Source of the DNA: Alphaproteobacteria bacterium
GTDB lineage: Bacteria; Pseudomonadota; Alphaproteobacteria; Rs-D84
Assembly (NCBI GenBank): GCA_031549365.1
Contig: JAVBPX010000008.1
Span: forward strand, 1 to 25,096
DNA length: 25,096 nucleotides
Direction of reading: 5' to 3'
Positions 1 to 8,696 of this stretch are shown here, piece after piece. The position numbers were made by a program, and so were the translations under genes. Numbering within the stretch: the stretch's first letter is position 1; every line of letters starts with the position of its first letter. The notes beneath the pieces are model-generated. The model was not told the origin of the DNA and searched no databases. It worked only from the letters and a program-made list of their open reading frames with translations.

Positions 1-1
1 A

Positions 2-277
2 TGCAACATTGTTTCATGTAACACAAACTATACTCTGATTGGCGGATCATGCATATTAACGAACCAAACCCGGCCATGTACAATTACAAACGGGACTGGG
101 GAACAAACATCAACTAATGGCGGCGTAACATGGGGAACATGTAACATTGTTTCATGTAACACAAACTATACTCTGGTTGGCGGATCATGCGCATTAACGA
201 ACCAAACCCGGCCATGTACAATTACAAACGGAACCGGCGAACAAACATCAACGGACGGCGGCCAAACTTGGACAAAT
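2..277 (+). repeat. 138-bp (46-aa) in-frame tandem repeat, 2 copies visible
   Basis: 2..139 and 140..277 encode CNIVSCNTNYTL(I/V)GGSC(I/A)LTNQTRPCTITNGTGEQTST(N/D)GG(V/Q)TW; near-identical DNA over the first ~110 bp. Confidence 0.9.
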
Positions 278-1948
278 TGCGAAATTACATCTTGCGATAC
301 CGGATATTATGCAGATTCTCCGACAGATGCAATGTGCAGACAATTAAAATGCGATCGTGGTAAATATGTATACGAATGGGAGCTAGGTTACGACGTTGAA
401 AATAACCTGGGATTAACATGTAAAGAATGTAAAAGCAACACATACCAACCTAATTTTAATACAACCGTAACATCATGCACAGAATGCCCAGTTGGATATT
501 GGTCTGTTTACGGACAATATGAATGTCAACAATGCTATATCGGAAGAAACAGTGACGGATCAGGAATGGCAAATGATGTTATTGAATGGGAAACGCCTCA
601 TGGTTGCGTTGCCAAAACATGCAAAGAAGGCGTTATCAAAATTGGAAATTTATGCAAAAAACCAAATCAAACAAGCGGATGTATTGTACCAAGCAAACAA
701 GGGACTGGTTTAATGTCATCAACAGACGGTGGCGTAACATGGGGCGATTGTATACCAAATTCATGTAACGCAAATTATCATGCCGAAAATAATGATTGCA
801 AACCAAATATAGAATCTTGTGTGGCTGAAAACGCAACGGCTGCATCACGAACATGGAACGGCACTTGGAATAACGGAACTTGGAATGCTTGTATCCCATC
901 AGCATGTACATTTGAATATCACATGGAAACCAACGCATGTGTATCTGATTTTCGCGGATGCGACACAGCATATGGTTCTGGATATATTAAATGGACATCC
1001 GAAAACGGGTGGAACAATGAATGTGTTTCTGAATCATGTGGCGCCGGACGCCACGCAGAAGACGGCAAATGTGTATTAAACACTGTGGCATGCACTGCGA
1101 CTAACGGCATTGGTCAAAAGACCTGGAATACTGGGACATCTGCTTGGTCCGAATGTGCATTAACAAAATGCAACACCGGATATCATTTGGATAATAATAC
1201 TTGTGCTTCAAATAGCCGCACATGCGTAACTGGCGATGGATACCAAACATGGAATGAAACAACATCAACTTGGAACGATTGTGCTCCGTCAACCTGCGAA
1301 CCAGGATATGAATTAATTGGCGGCACCTGCCGGACATGCGGCAAACAAAACGTTGCAACATATTCGTCCGCTTGCATAATTGCAACCTGCATATCGGGCT
1401 ATCATTTATCTGGCGGACAATGTATACCCAGCGAAAAACCTTGTTCTGTTGCTTATGGTTCTGGCGTCCAACATTGGACAGATATAAAATGGGGCGACTG
1501 CGAAATCACCGGATGTTCAACCGGATATCACTTGGAAAACGGAATCTGTACATCAAACACCAAAAGCTGCACTGTCGGTTCCGGGGGCACAGAAATCAAT
1601 GGCACCGCATCACAAACCTGGATTGGCGAATGGAATGAAAGCCCAATAACTGGCTGGGGCGAATGCACCGCAACATCATGCAACCCTGGATATTATTTGC
1701 CAAATGGATCTGATATCTGTGAACCATGTGAAAATCAGTATGATATAAATGGCGATTTGGCCGCATCAACATATTCATCCGGCTGTACAATATCCACCTG
1801 TATGTACCAGGGCGAATTATACAAACTGGAAAATAATAAATGTGTTCCAATTTGTATTGAAAACTTTGATGAAACCGGCGAAACAAAAATCAATACCGTT
1901 GCTCATAAGTGTGAAACAACATGTACTCCTGGATATAAAAAGTGGTAA
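2..1948 (+). CDS. Large cysteine-rich repeat protein, probably surface/secreted (5'-truncated by window edge)
   Basis: Frame 2 is open from base 2 (CNIVSCNTNYTLIGGSC...) into the track ORF 332..1948, so ATG 332 is internal. Many ~45-50 aa modules of form C...G.G.Q.W...W..C....C..GYHL....C; ends CTPGYKKW-TAA. Confidence 0.85.
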   Translation, partial: CNIVSCNTNYTLIGGSCILTNQTRPCTITNGTGEQTSTNGGVTWGTCNIVSCNTNYTLVGGSCALTNQTRPCTITNGTGEQTSTDGGQTWTNCEITSCDTGYYADSPTDAMCRQLKCDRGKYVYEWELGYDVENNLGLTCKECKSNTYQPNFNTTVTSCTECPVGYWSVYGQYECQQCYIGRNSDGSGMANDVIEWETPHGCVAKTCKEGVIKIGNLCKKPNQTSGCIVPSKQGTGLMSSTDGGVTWGDCIPNSCNANYHAENNDCKPNIESCVAENATAASRTWNGTWNNGTWNACIPSACTFEYHMETNACVSDFRGCDTAYGSGYIKWTSENGWNNECVSESCGAGRHAEDGKCVLNTVACTATNGIGQKTWNTGTSAWSECALTKCNTGYHLDNNTCASNSRTCVTGDGYQTWNETTSTWNDCAPSTCEPGYELIGGTCRTCGKQNVATYSSACIIATCISGYHLSGGQCIPSEKPCSVAYGSGVQHWTDIKWGDCEITGCSTGYHLENGICTSNTKSCTVGSGGTEINGTASQTWIGEWNESPITGWGECTATSCNPGYYLPNGSDICEPCENQYDINGDLAASTYSSGCTISTCMYQGELYKLENNKCVPICIENFDETGETKINTVAHKCETTCTPGYKKW

Positions 1949-1961
1949 AATAAAATATCGC

Positions 1962-1989
1962 TTGCAAAACAAACCGTTGTTTGCATAAT
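1962..1989 (+). promoter_or_regulatory. Putative sigma70 promoter for SRP RNA
   Basis: TTGCAA (1962-1967) - 16 bp - CATAAT (1984-1989), just upstream of the structured RNA. Confidence 0.55.
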
Positions 1990-1993
1990 ACAT

Positions 1994-2069
1994 AGCGGGC
2001 GGACGGGGGTCAGTGCCAGCGGGTCAGAGGGAAACCAGCAGCCCAGCACCAGACACCGGGTCGCCCACT
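1994..2069 (+). ncRNA. ffs: Signal recognition particle RNA (4.5S), minimal form
   Basis: GC-rich island folding as one long hairpin (GGGCG/CGCCC, GTC/GAC, GTGC/GCAC, GGG/CCC) with apical GCCAGCGGGTCAG-AGG-GAAA-CC-AGCAGCCC, matching the SRP helix 8 pattern GGTCAG..GNRA..AGCAGCC; promoter upstream, T-run downstream. Confidence 0.8.
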
Positions 2070-2089
2070 TTTTATACAAAAATCTACAA

Positions 2090-2117
2090 TTGACAAACAA
2101 AAAATACTCGATATAAT
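2090..2117 (+). promoter_or_regulatory. Consensus sigma70 promoter
   Basis: TTGACA (2090-2095) - 16 bp - TATAAT (2112-2117), upstream of ATG 2151. Confidence 0.75.
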
Positions 2118-2150
2118 AAACCCATAAAACCAAACCTTGGGGATAGTATA

Positions 2151-2514
2151 ATGGGCACATATTCAAAATATATTCTGAAACAAGTCCAAGAAAAACTTAA
2201 CACCGGACTTAACGTTACCGTGGCATTGCGGGAATTGGGCATTTCTCAGTCAACATATTATAACTTCCTGCGTGATAACCCAGATTTCAAAATTATTAAA
2301 CCAAAAAAAAGACACAAAATTATCTGGGAAAAAATCATCAACCGATGCAACAAACCAATCTTTTGCAATTAATTACAAAATTAAAATAATTTCCAAAATA
2401 TTATCTGACATGGAAAAATATAACATTGATGAACAGACTGCCTGTGAACGAAACTGTATATCCCCTGCTTTCTTTCGCGAACACCGCAATATTGTCGCAC
2501 AAAATTCTTTATAA
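2151..2514 (+). pseudogene. Small HTH DNA-binding protein split by a frameshift (ORFs 2151..2372 and 2272..2514)
   Basis: ORF1 has HTH-like VTVALRELGISQSTYYNF; the overlapping +1 frame has a second HTH-like EQTACERNCISPAFFREHR. Removing one A from the A8 run (2303-2310) fuses them into a 120-aa protein. Confidence 0.55.
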
Positions 2515-2518
2515 CTCC

Positions 2519-2547
2519 TTGACATTTGAATAAAATTACATCACAAT
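2519..2547 (+). promoter_or_regulatory. Putative rpsA promoter
   Basis: TTGACA (2519-2524) - 17 bp - CACAAT (2542-2547). Confidence 0.6.
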
Positions 2548-2651
2548 GAGTCAGCAAATTGGGACCGTTTGGGTGCGCAAACAAAAATCCCAACAAATTA
2601 ATCGCACAAGACCTCTGCATAACAGACGGCAAATATCAAAAGAAATTCTTA

Positions 2652-4406
2652 ATGAAAGATTTATCCAAAGATATTTTTAATCCTATTGCGAACGAAAATT
2701 TCGCAGATATGTTCAATCAAACATACGGCAAACAAGAAACATTACAAGGTTACGCAACCAAAGGCACAGTCAAAGATATTATTTCAGACTTCGTATTGGT
2801 TGATGTTGGTTTGAAATCCGAAGGCCGCGTTGATTTACGCGAATTCGGTGCAAATCCACCACGCGTTGGCGACATTATCGACGTATTCGTTGAACGTTAC
2901 GAATCCCGCGATGGCACAGCTGTATTATCATACGCCAAAGCACGCGCTGAAAAAGCATGGAAAGAATTGGAAAAAATTGTTGCCGCGGGCGAAGATCCAG
3001 AAGGAACAATTATCGAAGCTGTACGCGGCGGATTCACTGTTGACATCAACGGAGTATTTGCATTTATGCCTTCATCCCAAGCAGACACTCGTCCAATTCG
3101 CGATTCACATTCCTTGGTTGGTTTGACTGACAAATTCCGCGTATTAAAAATGGATTCTTTGCGCACAAACGCTATCGTTTCCCGTCGCGCAATTATGGAA
3201 GCAGGACATCTGGAAGCCAAAAAAGAAATCATGAAAAACATCAAAGTTGGATCAACAGTCGAAGGTATCGTAAAAAATATCACAGATTATGGTGTATTTG
3301 TTGATTTGGGCGGCATAGATGGATTGTTGCATGTAACAGATTTATCCTGGAAACGTGTAAACCACCCTCGCGAGATGTTGTCTGTTGGCGATAAAATCAA
3401 CGTAAAAGTTATCCAATTCGACCCAGAAACACACCGTATTTCTTTGGGTATGAAACAATTGGAATCCGACCCATGGGCAAACGCATCACGCGCATACAAT
3501 GTTGGCGATGTATTGGCTGGCAAAATCAGTTCTTTAACTGATTACGGCGCATTCGTTGATTTGGGTAACGGAGTAGAAGGTTTAGTCCACATGTCAGAAA
3601 TCAGCTGGACAAACAAAAACATCAACCCATCCAAAGTATTCAACGTTGGCGACGAAGTCCGCGTTACAATTTTGGGCATTGATATGGACAAACGTCGTAT
3701 TTCATTGGGAATCAAGCAAAACTTGGAAAATCCATGGAAAAAATACGCAGAATCACATAAAATTGGCGATGTAATCTCTGGCGCAATTAAAAACATGACA
3801 GAATTCGGATTGTTCGTATCATTGAACGACGAATTGGACGGAATGGTTCACATTTCTGACTTGTCATGGGATGTTGCCGGCGAAGAAGCCATCAAACAAT
3901 ACCAAAAGGGAATGGAAGTATCTGCAAAAATCTTGGATATTAATGCAGAAAAAGAACGCATTACTTTGGGTATCAAACAATTAACTGAAAACAAAAACGC
4001 AAAACCTGCGGCACTCCGCAAAGGCGCAACAGTTACTGGAACAATTTCCGAAGTAACTGGCGAAGAATTGGTTATTGATTTGGGCAACGGGGCAACCGGC
4101 ACAATCAAAAAAACTGAAATTTCTCGCGAAAAATCGGAACAGAATACATCGACATTTAACGTTGGCGATTCTGTAACTGCCGCTGTTGCGTTGGTTGAAA
4201 AAGATGGTTCGATCAAATTGTCGATCCGCGCACTGGAAGCTGCCGCTGAAAAAGCAGCCGTCAAAGAATACAGCAACAACGCTGATTCTGGCGCAGTATT
4301 GGGCGATATTTTGGGCGCAGCAATCGAAAGCAGCAAATCTTCAAAAAAAGAAACTGCCTCAACGCCAGCTACTAAAAAAACCACAGCCAAAAAGAAAGCT
4401 GAATAA
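2652..4406 (+). CDS. rpsA: 30S ribosomal protein S1
   Basis: Repeated S1 OB-folds (VDVGLKSEG, KNITDYGVFVDLGGIDGLLHVTDLSW, LTDYGAFVDL..GVEGLVHMSEISW, RISLGIKQ). Start placed at ATG 2652 because the upstream TTG lies in the structured leader. Confidence 0.96.
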   Translation: MKDLSKDIFNPIANENFADMFNQTYGKQETLQGYATKGTVKDIISDFVLVDVGLKSEGRVDLREFGANPPRVGDIIDVFVERYESRDGTAVLSYAKARAEKAWKELEKIVAAGEDPEGTIIEAVRGGFTVDINGVFAFMPSSQADTRPIRDSHSLVGLTDKFRVLKMDSLRTNAIVSRRAIMEAGHLEAKKEIMKNIKVGSTVEGIVKNITDYGVFVDLGGIDGLLHVTDLSWKRVNHPREMLSVGDKINVKVIQFDPETHRISLGMKQLESDPWANASRAYNVGDVLAGKISSLTDYGAFVDLGNGVEGLVHMSEISWTNKNINPSKVFNVGDEVRVTILGIDMDKRRISLGIKQNLENPWKKYAESHKIGDVISGAIKNMTEFGLFVSLNDELDGMVHISDLSWDVAGEEAIKQYQKGMEVSAKILDINAEKERITLGIKQLTENKNAKPAALRKGATVTGTISEVTGEELVIDLGNGATGTIKKTEISREKSEQNTSTFNVGDSVTAAVALVEKDGSIKLSIRALEAAAEKAAVKEYSNNADSGAVLGDILGAAIESSKSSKKETASTPATKKTTAKKKAE

Positions 4407-4426
4407 TTATTATTCTGTAAACTTTT

Positions 4427-4454
4427 AAAAACCGGGGCCCTCCCCGGTTTTTTT
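4427..4454 (+). terminator. Rho-independent terminator after rpsA
   Basis: AAAAACCGGGG-CCCT-CCCCGGTTTTTTT. Confidence 0.85.
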
Positions 4455-4496
4455 ACATTGATTTGCCATCCCTTCAACTTTTTGCATATAGGATAT

Positions 4497-4557
4497 CAAC
4501 AATATTAAAAAATATGTCATAGCTCGGGGCTCACGGCTCCGCGGCAATCATTGCAAC
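4497..4557. repeat. Degenerate REP/RPE-like intergenic element
   Basis: TGTCAT...CTCCGCGGCAATCATTGCAAC (4515-4557) resembles 24860-24901; CAACAATATTAAAAA (4497-4511) is identical to 25032-25046. Confidence 0.5.
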
Positions 4558-4634
4558 TAATCTTTCGATTTTTCTTGCAATCCCATGAACTTTTATATAA
4601 AATACCAACATTCCCCAAACATAGAAGGATTATA

Positions 4635-4949
4635 ATGAGCCAGTATCAAAAAAAAGGCCACCAAATGGGATCAATGATTCAGCGCTGTCATAAATGGCGC
4701 CAAAATCGTAAACGTTTCCTGGACCAAGCACGCATAACATCTGATGAAATTGAACGCGAACGCATGTTCCAAATGGCTGAACATTATGGCCGAATGGTAT
4801 CATCGGAACAGGGTAAAATCGACGGAATCCGAGATGTCCGTGAAAAACCAATTGAACCAGTTGTATGCGATAATGACGCGGACGACACTGATGATTTAAT
4901 GGCCGAGGTTACCTCTGGCGGAGTTCTGCCCGACTTCCTAACCAACTAA
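4635..4949 (+). CDS. DUF4167-like alphaproteobacterial protein
   Basis: RFLDQAR...DEIERERMFQMAEHYGRM resembles the family motif (KY..LARDA...D....E...QHAEHY.R); RBS GAAGGA before ATG 4635; candidate promoter TTGCAA-17-TAAAAT at 4575-4603. Confidence 0.65.
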   Translation: MSQYQKKGHQMGSMIQRCHKWRQNRKRFLDQARITSDEIERERMFQMAEHYGRMVSSEQGKIDGIRDVREKPIEPVVCDNDADDTDDLMAEVTSGGVLPDFLTN

Positions 4950-4969
4950 ATAAACAATTTTCGAAACAA

Positions 4970-4997
4970 AAAAAATGCACCGAACGGTGCATTTTTT
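4970..4997. terminator. Bidirectional terminator between convergent genes
   Basis: AAAAAATGCACC-GAAC-GGTGCATTTTTT. Confidence 0.85.
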
Positions 4998-5604
4998 ATT
5001 TTCGTATCCCTGTTTTGGGGTCAACCCAAATTTGTTCCCCTGCCAACCGCATCATAGGCAAATCTTTTTTAGAATCAGAATACGCACGCACAACGCGATA
5101 TTCGATTCCTCGTTGCTTGGCCCACGCATTTAAACGATTAACCTTTTCCGCGCCCAAACACAAATCGCCAATTGCGCGCCATGGTTCATCCGGATCCATA
5201 TTCGAACACATTACCAAATCAAATCCAAAATCGGCTGTCAACGGGTGAATTAAATAATTTCGCGACGCTGATATACAAATCGCCGTCAATCCGGATTCTT
5301 GGTCATTTTTTACACGTTCGTGTGCCCAACCAAATATATTCCTTTTGTGTTCACGAATAAAATCTGGGACAAAACGCGTAATCATATCCGGCGTTAAAAA
5401 ACACAACATCCGTTGATTCATATAATTTTTTGAAATCAAATTCAAACCACCCAACAAACCATAAAATCCAATCATCGGCAAAAATGCCCATGGGCGAATT
5501 GAATGTTTAAAACAATATTTCCAAAATTCAACCACACTGTCGTGCGCACACAACGTCCCGTCAAAATCATACAATGCCAATTTTACAATTTTGTTTTTTG
5601 CCAT
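4996..5604 (-). CDS. HAD-superfamily IB phosphatase (SerB/PgpC-like)
   Basis: Motif I YDFDGTL, motif II ISAS, motif III K (GAEKV), motif IV YSDSKKDLPM; start overlaps the RND stop by 1 nt. Confidence 0.88.
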   Translation of the reverse strand: MAKNKIVKLALYDFDGTLCAHDSVVEFWKYCFKHSIRPWAFLPMIGFYGLLGGLNLISKNYMNQRMLCFLTPDMITRFVPDFIREHKRNIFGWAHERVKNDQESGLTAICISASRNYLIHPLTADFGFDLVMCSNMDPDEPWRAIGDLCLGAEKVNRLNAWAKQRGIEYRVVRAYSDSKKDLPMMRLAGEQIWVDPKTGIRK

Positions 5605-8600
5605 TATTTTTTCTTTGCCTTTCTGCCACGTTTTTTAACATCCGTTATTTTTTTACGACCATGCGACGGATGAAATAATACATCCAATTTCCAGAACAAT
5701 ACTGGAACCAACACAAACGTAAATACCAACGACCCAAGCATTCCTCCGATAATAACAGCCCCCATTGAAACCTTGGCCTGATCCACAGACCACAATTGCG
5801 GCACCATCCCAGACATAACAGCAATAGTCGTCATTAAAATCATACGGTATTTTTCCTTGAACATTGTCCATAATGAATCTTGAATATCTCCACCCTTGGC
5901 AACTAATTGAATTGTTGGCTCTAATACTAAAATCGCATTATTAACCGCCAATCCGACCAACATAACAATCGCTAACATAGCAGCAATATTAATCGACGCC
6001 CCGGTTAAAAACATCATAACAAACACACCTGCAAACGAAGTAATAATACAGGTCGCAATTGTAAAAGGATGCAACAAAGAATTCAATATCGCAGCCAAAA
6101 TCATATACGTCATAATCGTCGCCAATAAAAACGCCTTGGCGATTTCGCCAACAGATTCGGATTGGGTTTCACTCATCCCTGCGAAATAATAGCCATAGCC
6201 TTGGTCAAATTGCATATTTTGGTTTAATACTTCCGTAACTTTTGCTTGAACCGGCCCCAATGTTGATTTACCCAACAATACAGATATCTCGACAATACGA
6301 TTACGGTCGCGACGTTTAATTGTAGCATCCCCAGGTTCTATTTGGATTTTACCCAATGACGAAATTGGCACCAAACCCTTGTAAGTGTTTACATAAATTT
6401 TCGAAAAAACTTTTGGATTATCTTTGTACCGATCTCCCAATTCAATAATAATTGGATATTCAACACCATCTTGTTTAAACACATGGTCATCATCTCCGAA
6501 CAAAGAATAACGAATTGTTGCCGCGACCTGTTGATTCGATACTCCATAAAAATTCATAGACTCTTGATCTGGAATAAATCTAAACTCTGGCTTTGGATTT
6601 TTGGACGCAACAGTTGCCGATTGAATTTCCGTAATCCCATTCATCAATTGAACCATTTGTTCAGCATATTCATCCATTTTCTTTTGGTCTTGGCCATAAA
6701 CATTTATAATCATATCCCCAACAGTTCCACCCATTGTTTTACCTGCAACTACTTGAATTTCGGCATCAACAATCTCGGCCAATTTGGGCATCATTTCTTG
6801 AACCAAATCTTTGTCAGATTTTGAACGTTCCGCAATTGGAACCAGTTCAACCTTGATAGAAATATTTTCAATACCACGATCCCCAATCTGCGAAGAAACA
6901 GATTTAACTTGTTTAAATTCACGTAATTTTTTTTCAATATTCATCGCAACTTCGGCGGATTTTGTATACGTGGATCCCTGGGGGGCTTTTACAGACAAAC
7001 TAATTTCATTAACATCAGTCGAAGGCATAAATTCATTACCCACATACTTCATCAACTTGGCAGAACCAAATAACGCAACAAAACACAAAATCATAACCAA
7101 ATACGGATGACGGAACAGCCATTTATAAATGCCTTCGTACGCATCCAAAGTTGATTGCATCATGCCATCACTCCAACGTGTTAACGTCGAAATAAAACGG
7201 CTCTTTTTTTGTTTTGCTTGCTCTGATTTTGGTTTAAATAACAGCCTTATCATCATCGGGGTTAAACTCATTGAAAACATCAAAGATAATAAAGTCAAAT
7301 ATACAACCGACAACCCGAACTGTTGCATAAATTGCCCAGTTAATCCGCCCATAAAAGCAATCGGCAAAAACACAACAACATTTGTCCCAGTCGCCGCCAA
7401 CACAGCAACGACAACACGCTTGGTCCCAGTAATCGCAGCATCAAAAACATTATCCCCACGATCAATTAAAAACAATGAACTTTCGATAATAACAATCGCA
7501 TTTGAAATCAAGGTTCCCAACGCAGTTGCCATCGCCAACAAAGTCATTGAATTAATCGTAAATCCACTGGAATTCATAAAAAAGAATCCCGAAAATAATG
7601 ACGCAGGAATAACCACAGCGGAAACGATTGTTGCCGGAAAACTGCCTGTAAATATCAATAACACAGCAATGGTCAACAATAATCCTAAAATAATTCCTTC
7701 CCATGTGGACACTGTTTCATCAACAACCGCAATGGATGAATCATTTGTGATTTTTAATTCCATGCCTTCTGGCAATTCTTTCTGAATTTCTGGGAACACT
7801 TTATGTAACGCACTGGAAATTTTAACAGCATTACCATCGGATGCTTTTACAATCGACAACAGCACAACGTCTTGACTATTGTACATGGCCCCTGTCTCGG
7901 TACGCCTTGCCGCATCCTCTACTACCGCAATGTCTTTCAGAAAAAATCTTTTCCCCTCGGCCGTAACAATCGGCATATTTTTAATGTCATCCAACGTTTG
8001 GAATTCGCCAAAAAATCTGACATTAATAGAATCCGTTGTTTGATCAATTTTACCACCTGGGAAATTAATATTATACATTCGCATAGCATTTGAAACATCC
8101 AAAATAGTAACATATTTTTCATTCATAATTTCTGGATCTAAATAAATTCGCACAGCGCGTTCGGACCCTCCGAAAACCTTGACCGAAGCAACCCCAGCCA
8201 CCGCAGTTAATTTGTTTTTCAACTTTTGATCCGCGTATTCATACAAATCGCGCCCAGAAATTGTATCCGAAGTTAAAACCAAATCCAAAACAGATTCTTG
8301 TAACGGATTTAATTTTTCAATTCTTGGCTTTTTAACACCATCCGGCAAATCATTTAAAATTGCCTCGACCTTATCTTTTACCTCGATTGATTTTTGATTA
8401 ACATCTGCGCCAATATTAAATTCGACCAAAATAAATCCACCATTTTCGAAAGATTCAGAAGTAACTTTTTTAATCTCAGAAACCTCGGCAACTGCATCCT
8501 CAATTGGTTTTACAACCAATTCTTCCACCTCTTTTGGCGACGCCCCTGGATAAACAACGGTTGTTGACACCATCGGGAAATCAATGGCTGGCGTTCTTTC

Positions 8601-8696
8601 GACATTCATGGTTGGATAAGCAACCAAACCCAACAACACGAAAAACAAAACAAACATCACCGTTGTAACGGGACGTTTAACGAAAAATTCAATCAT
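5604..8696 (-). CDS. RND efflux transporter permease (AcrB/AcrD/AcrF family), atypical TM4/TM10
   Basis: 1030 aa; MIEFFVKRPV start, YPGASPKEVEELV, two large periplasmic domains and two TM clusters, RMILMTT, IIGGMLGS. Confidence 0.93.
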   Translation of the reverse strand: MIEFFVKRPVTTVMFVLFFVLLGLVAYPTMNVERTPAIDFPMVSTTVVYPGASPKEVEELVVKPIEDAVAEVSEIKKVTSESFENGGFILVEFNIGADVNQKSIEVKDKVEAILNDLPDGVKKPRIEKLNPLQESVLDLVLTSDTISGRDLYEYADQKLKNKLTAVAGVASVKVFGGSERAVRIYLDPEIMNEKYVTILDVSNAMRMYNINFPGGKIDQTTDSINVRFFGEFQTLDDIKNMPIVTAEGKRFFLKDIAVVEDAARRTETGAMYNSQDVVLLSIVKASDGNAVKISSALHKVFPEIQKELPEGMELKITNDSSIAVVDETVSTWEGIILGLLLTIAVLLIFTGSFPATIVSAVVIPASLFSGFFFMNSSGFTINSMTLLAMATALGTLISNAIVIIESSLFLIDRGDNVFDAAITGTKRVVVAVLAATGTNVVVFLPIAFMGGLTGQFMQQFGLSVVYLTLLSLMFSMSLTPMMIRLLFKPKSEQAKQKKSRFISTLTRWSDGMMQSTLDAYEGIYKWLFRHPYLVMILCFVALFGSAKLMKYVGNEFMPSTDVNEISLSVKAPQGSTYTKSAEVAMNIEKKLREFKQVKSVSSQIGDRGIENISIKVELVPIAERSKSDKDLVQEMMPKLAEIVDAEIQVVAGKTMGGTVGDMIINVYGQDQKKMDEYAEQMVQLMNGITEIQSATVASKNPKPEFRFIPDQESMNFYGVSNQQVAATIRYSLFGDDDHVFKQDGVEYPIIIELGDRYKDNPKVFSKIYVNTYKGLVPISSLGKIQIEPGDATIKRRDRNRIVEISVLLGKSTLGPVQAKVTEVLNQNMQFDQGYGYYFAGMSETQSESVGEIAKAFLLATIMTYMILAAILNSLLHPFTIATCIITSFAGVFVMMFLTGASINIAAMLAIVMLVGLAVNNAILVLEPTIQLVAKGGDIQDSLWTMFKEKYRMILMTTIAVMSGMVPQLWSVDQAKVSMGAVIIGGMLGSLVFTFVLVPVLFWKLDVLFHPSHGRKKITDVKKRGRKAKKK

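Noticed and set aside
332-334. ATG 332 as start of the Cys-rich gene
   Set aside because: The frame is open from base 2 and encodes the same modules.
1994-2069. Riboswitch or simple terminator instead of SRP RNA
   Set aside because: It has its own promoter, the next gene has a separate promoter, and the apex matches SRP helix 8.
2151-2514. IS3-family transposase with programmed frameshift
   Set aside because: The needed shift is +1 rather than -1, and there is no DDE domain or terminal inverted repeats.
4330-4406. Lys-rich C-terminal tails on RpsA, RND, FtsH and TrcR as a shared signal
   Set aside because: No common motif; low-complexity basic tails are common in AT-rich genomes.
2897-4477. 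Antisense ORFs opposite rpsA (similarly 7129..7785, 12999..13874, 17468..17932)
   Set aside because: Codon-aligned shadows of well-supported genes with no independent motifs.
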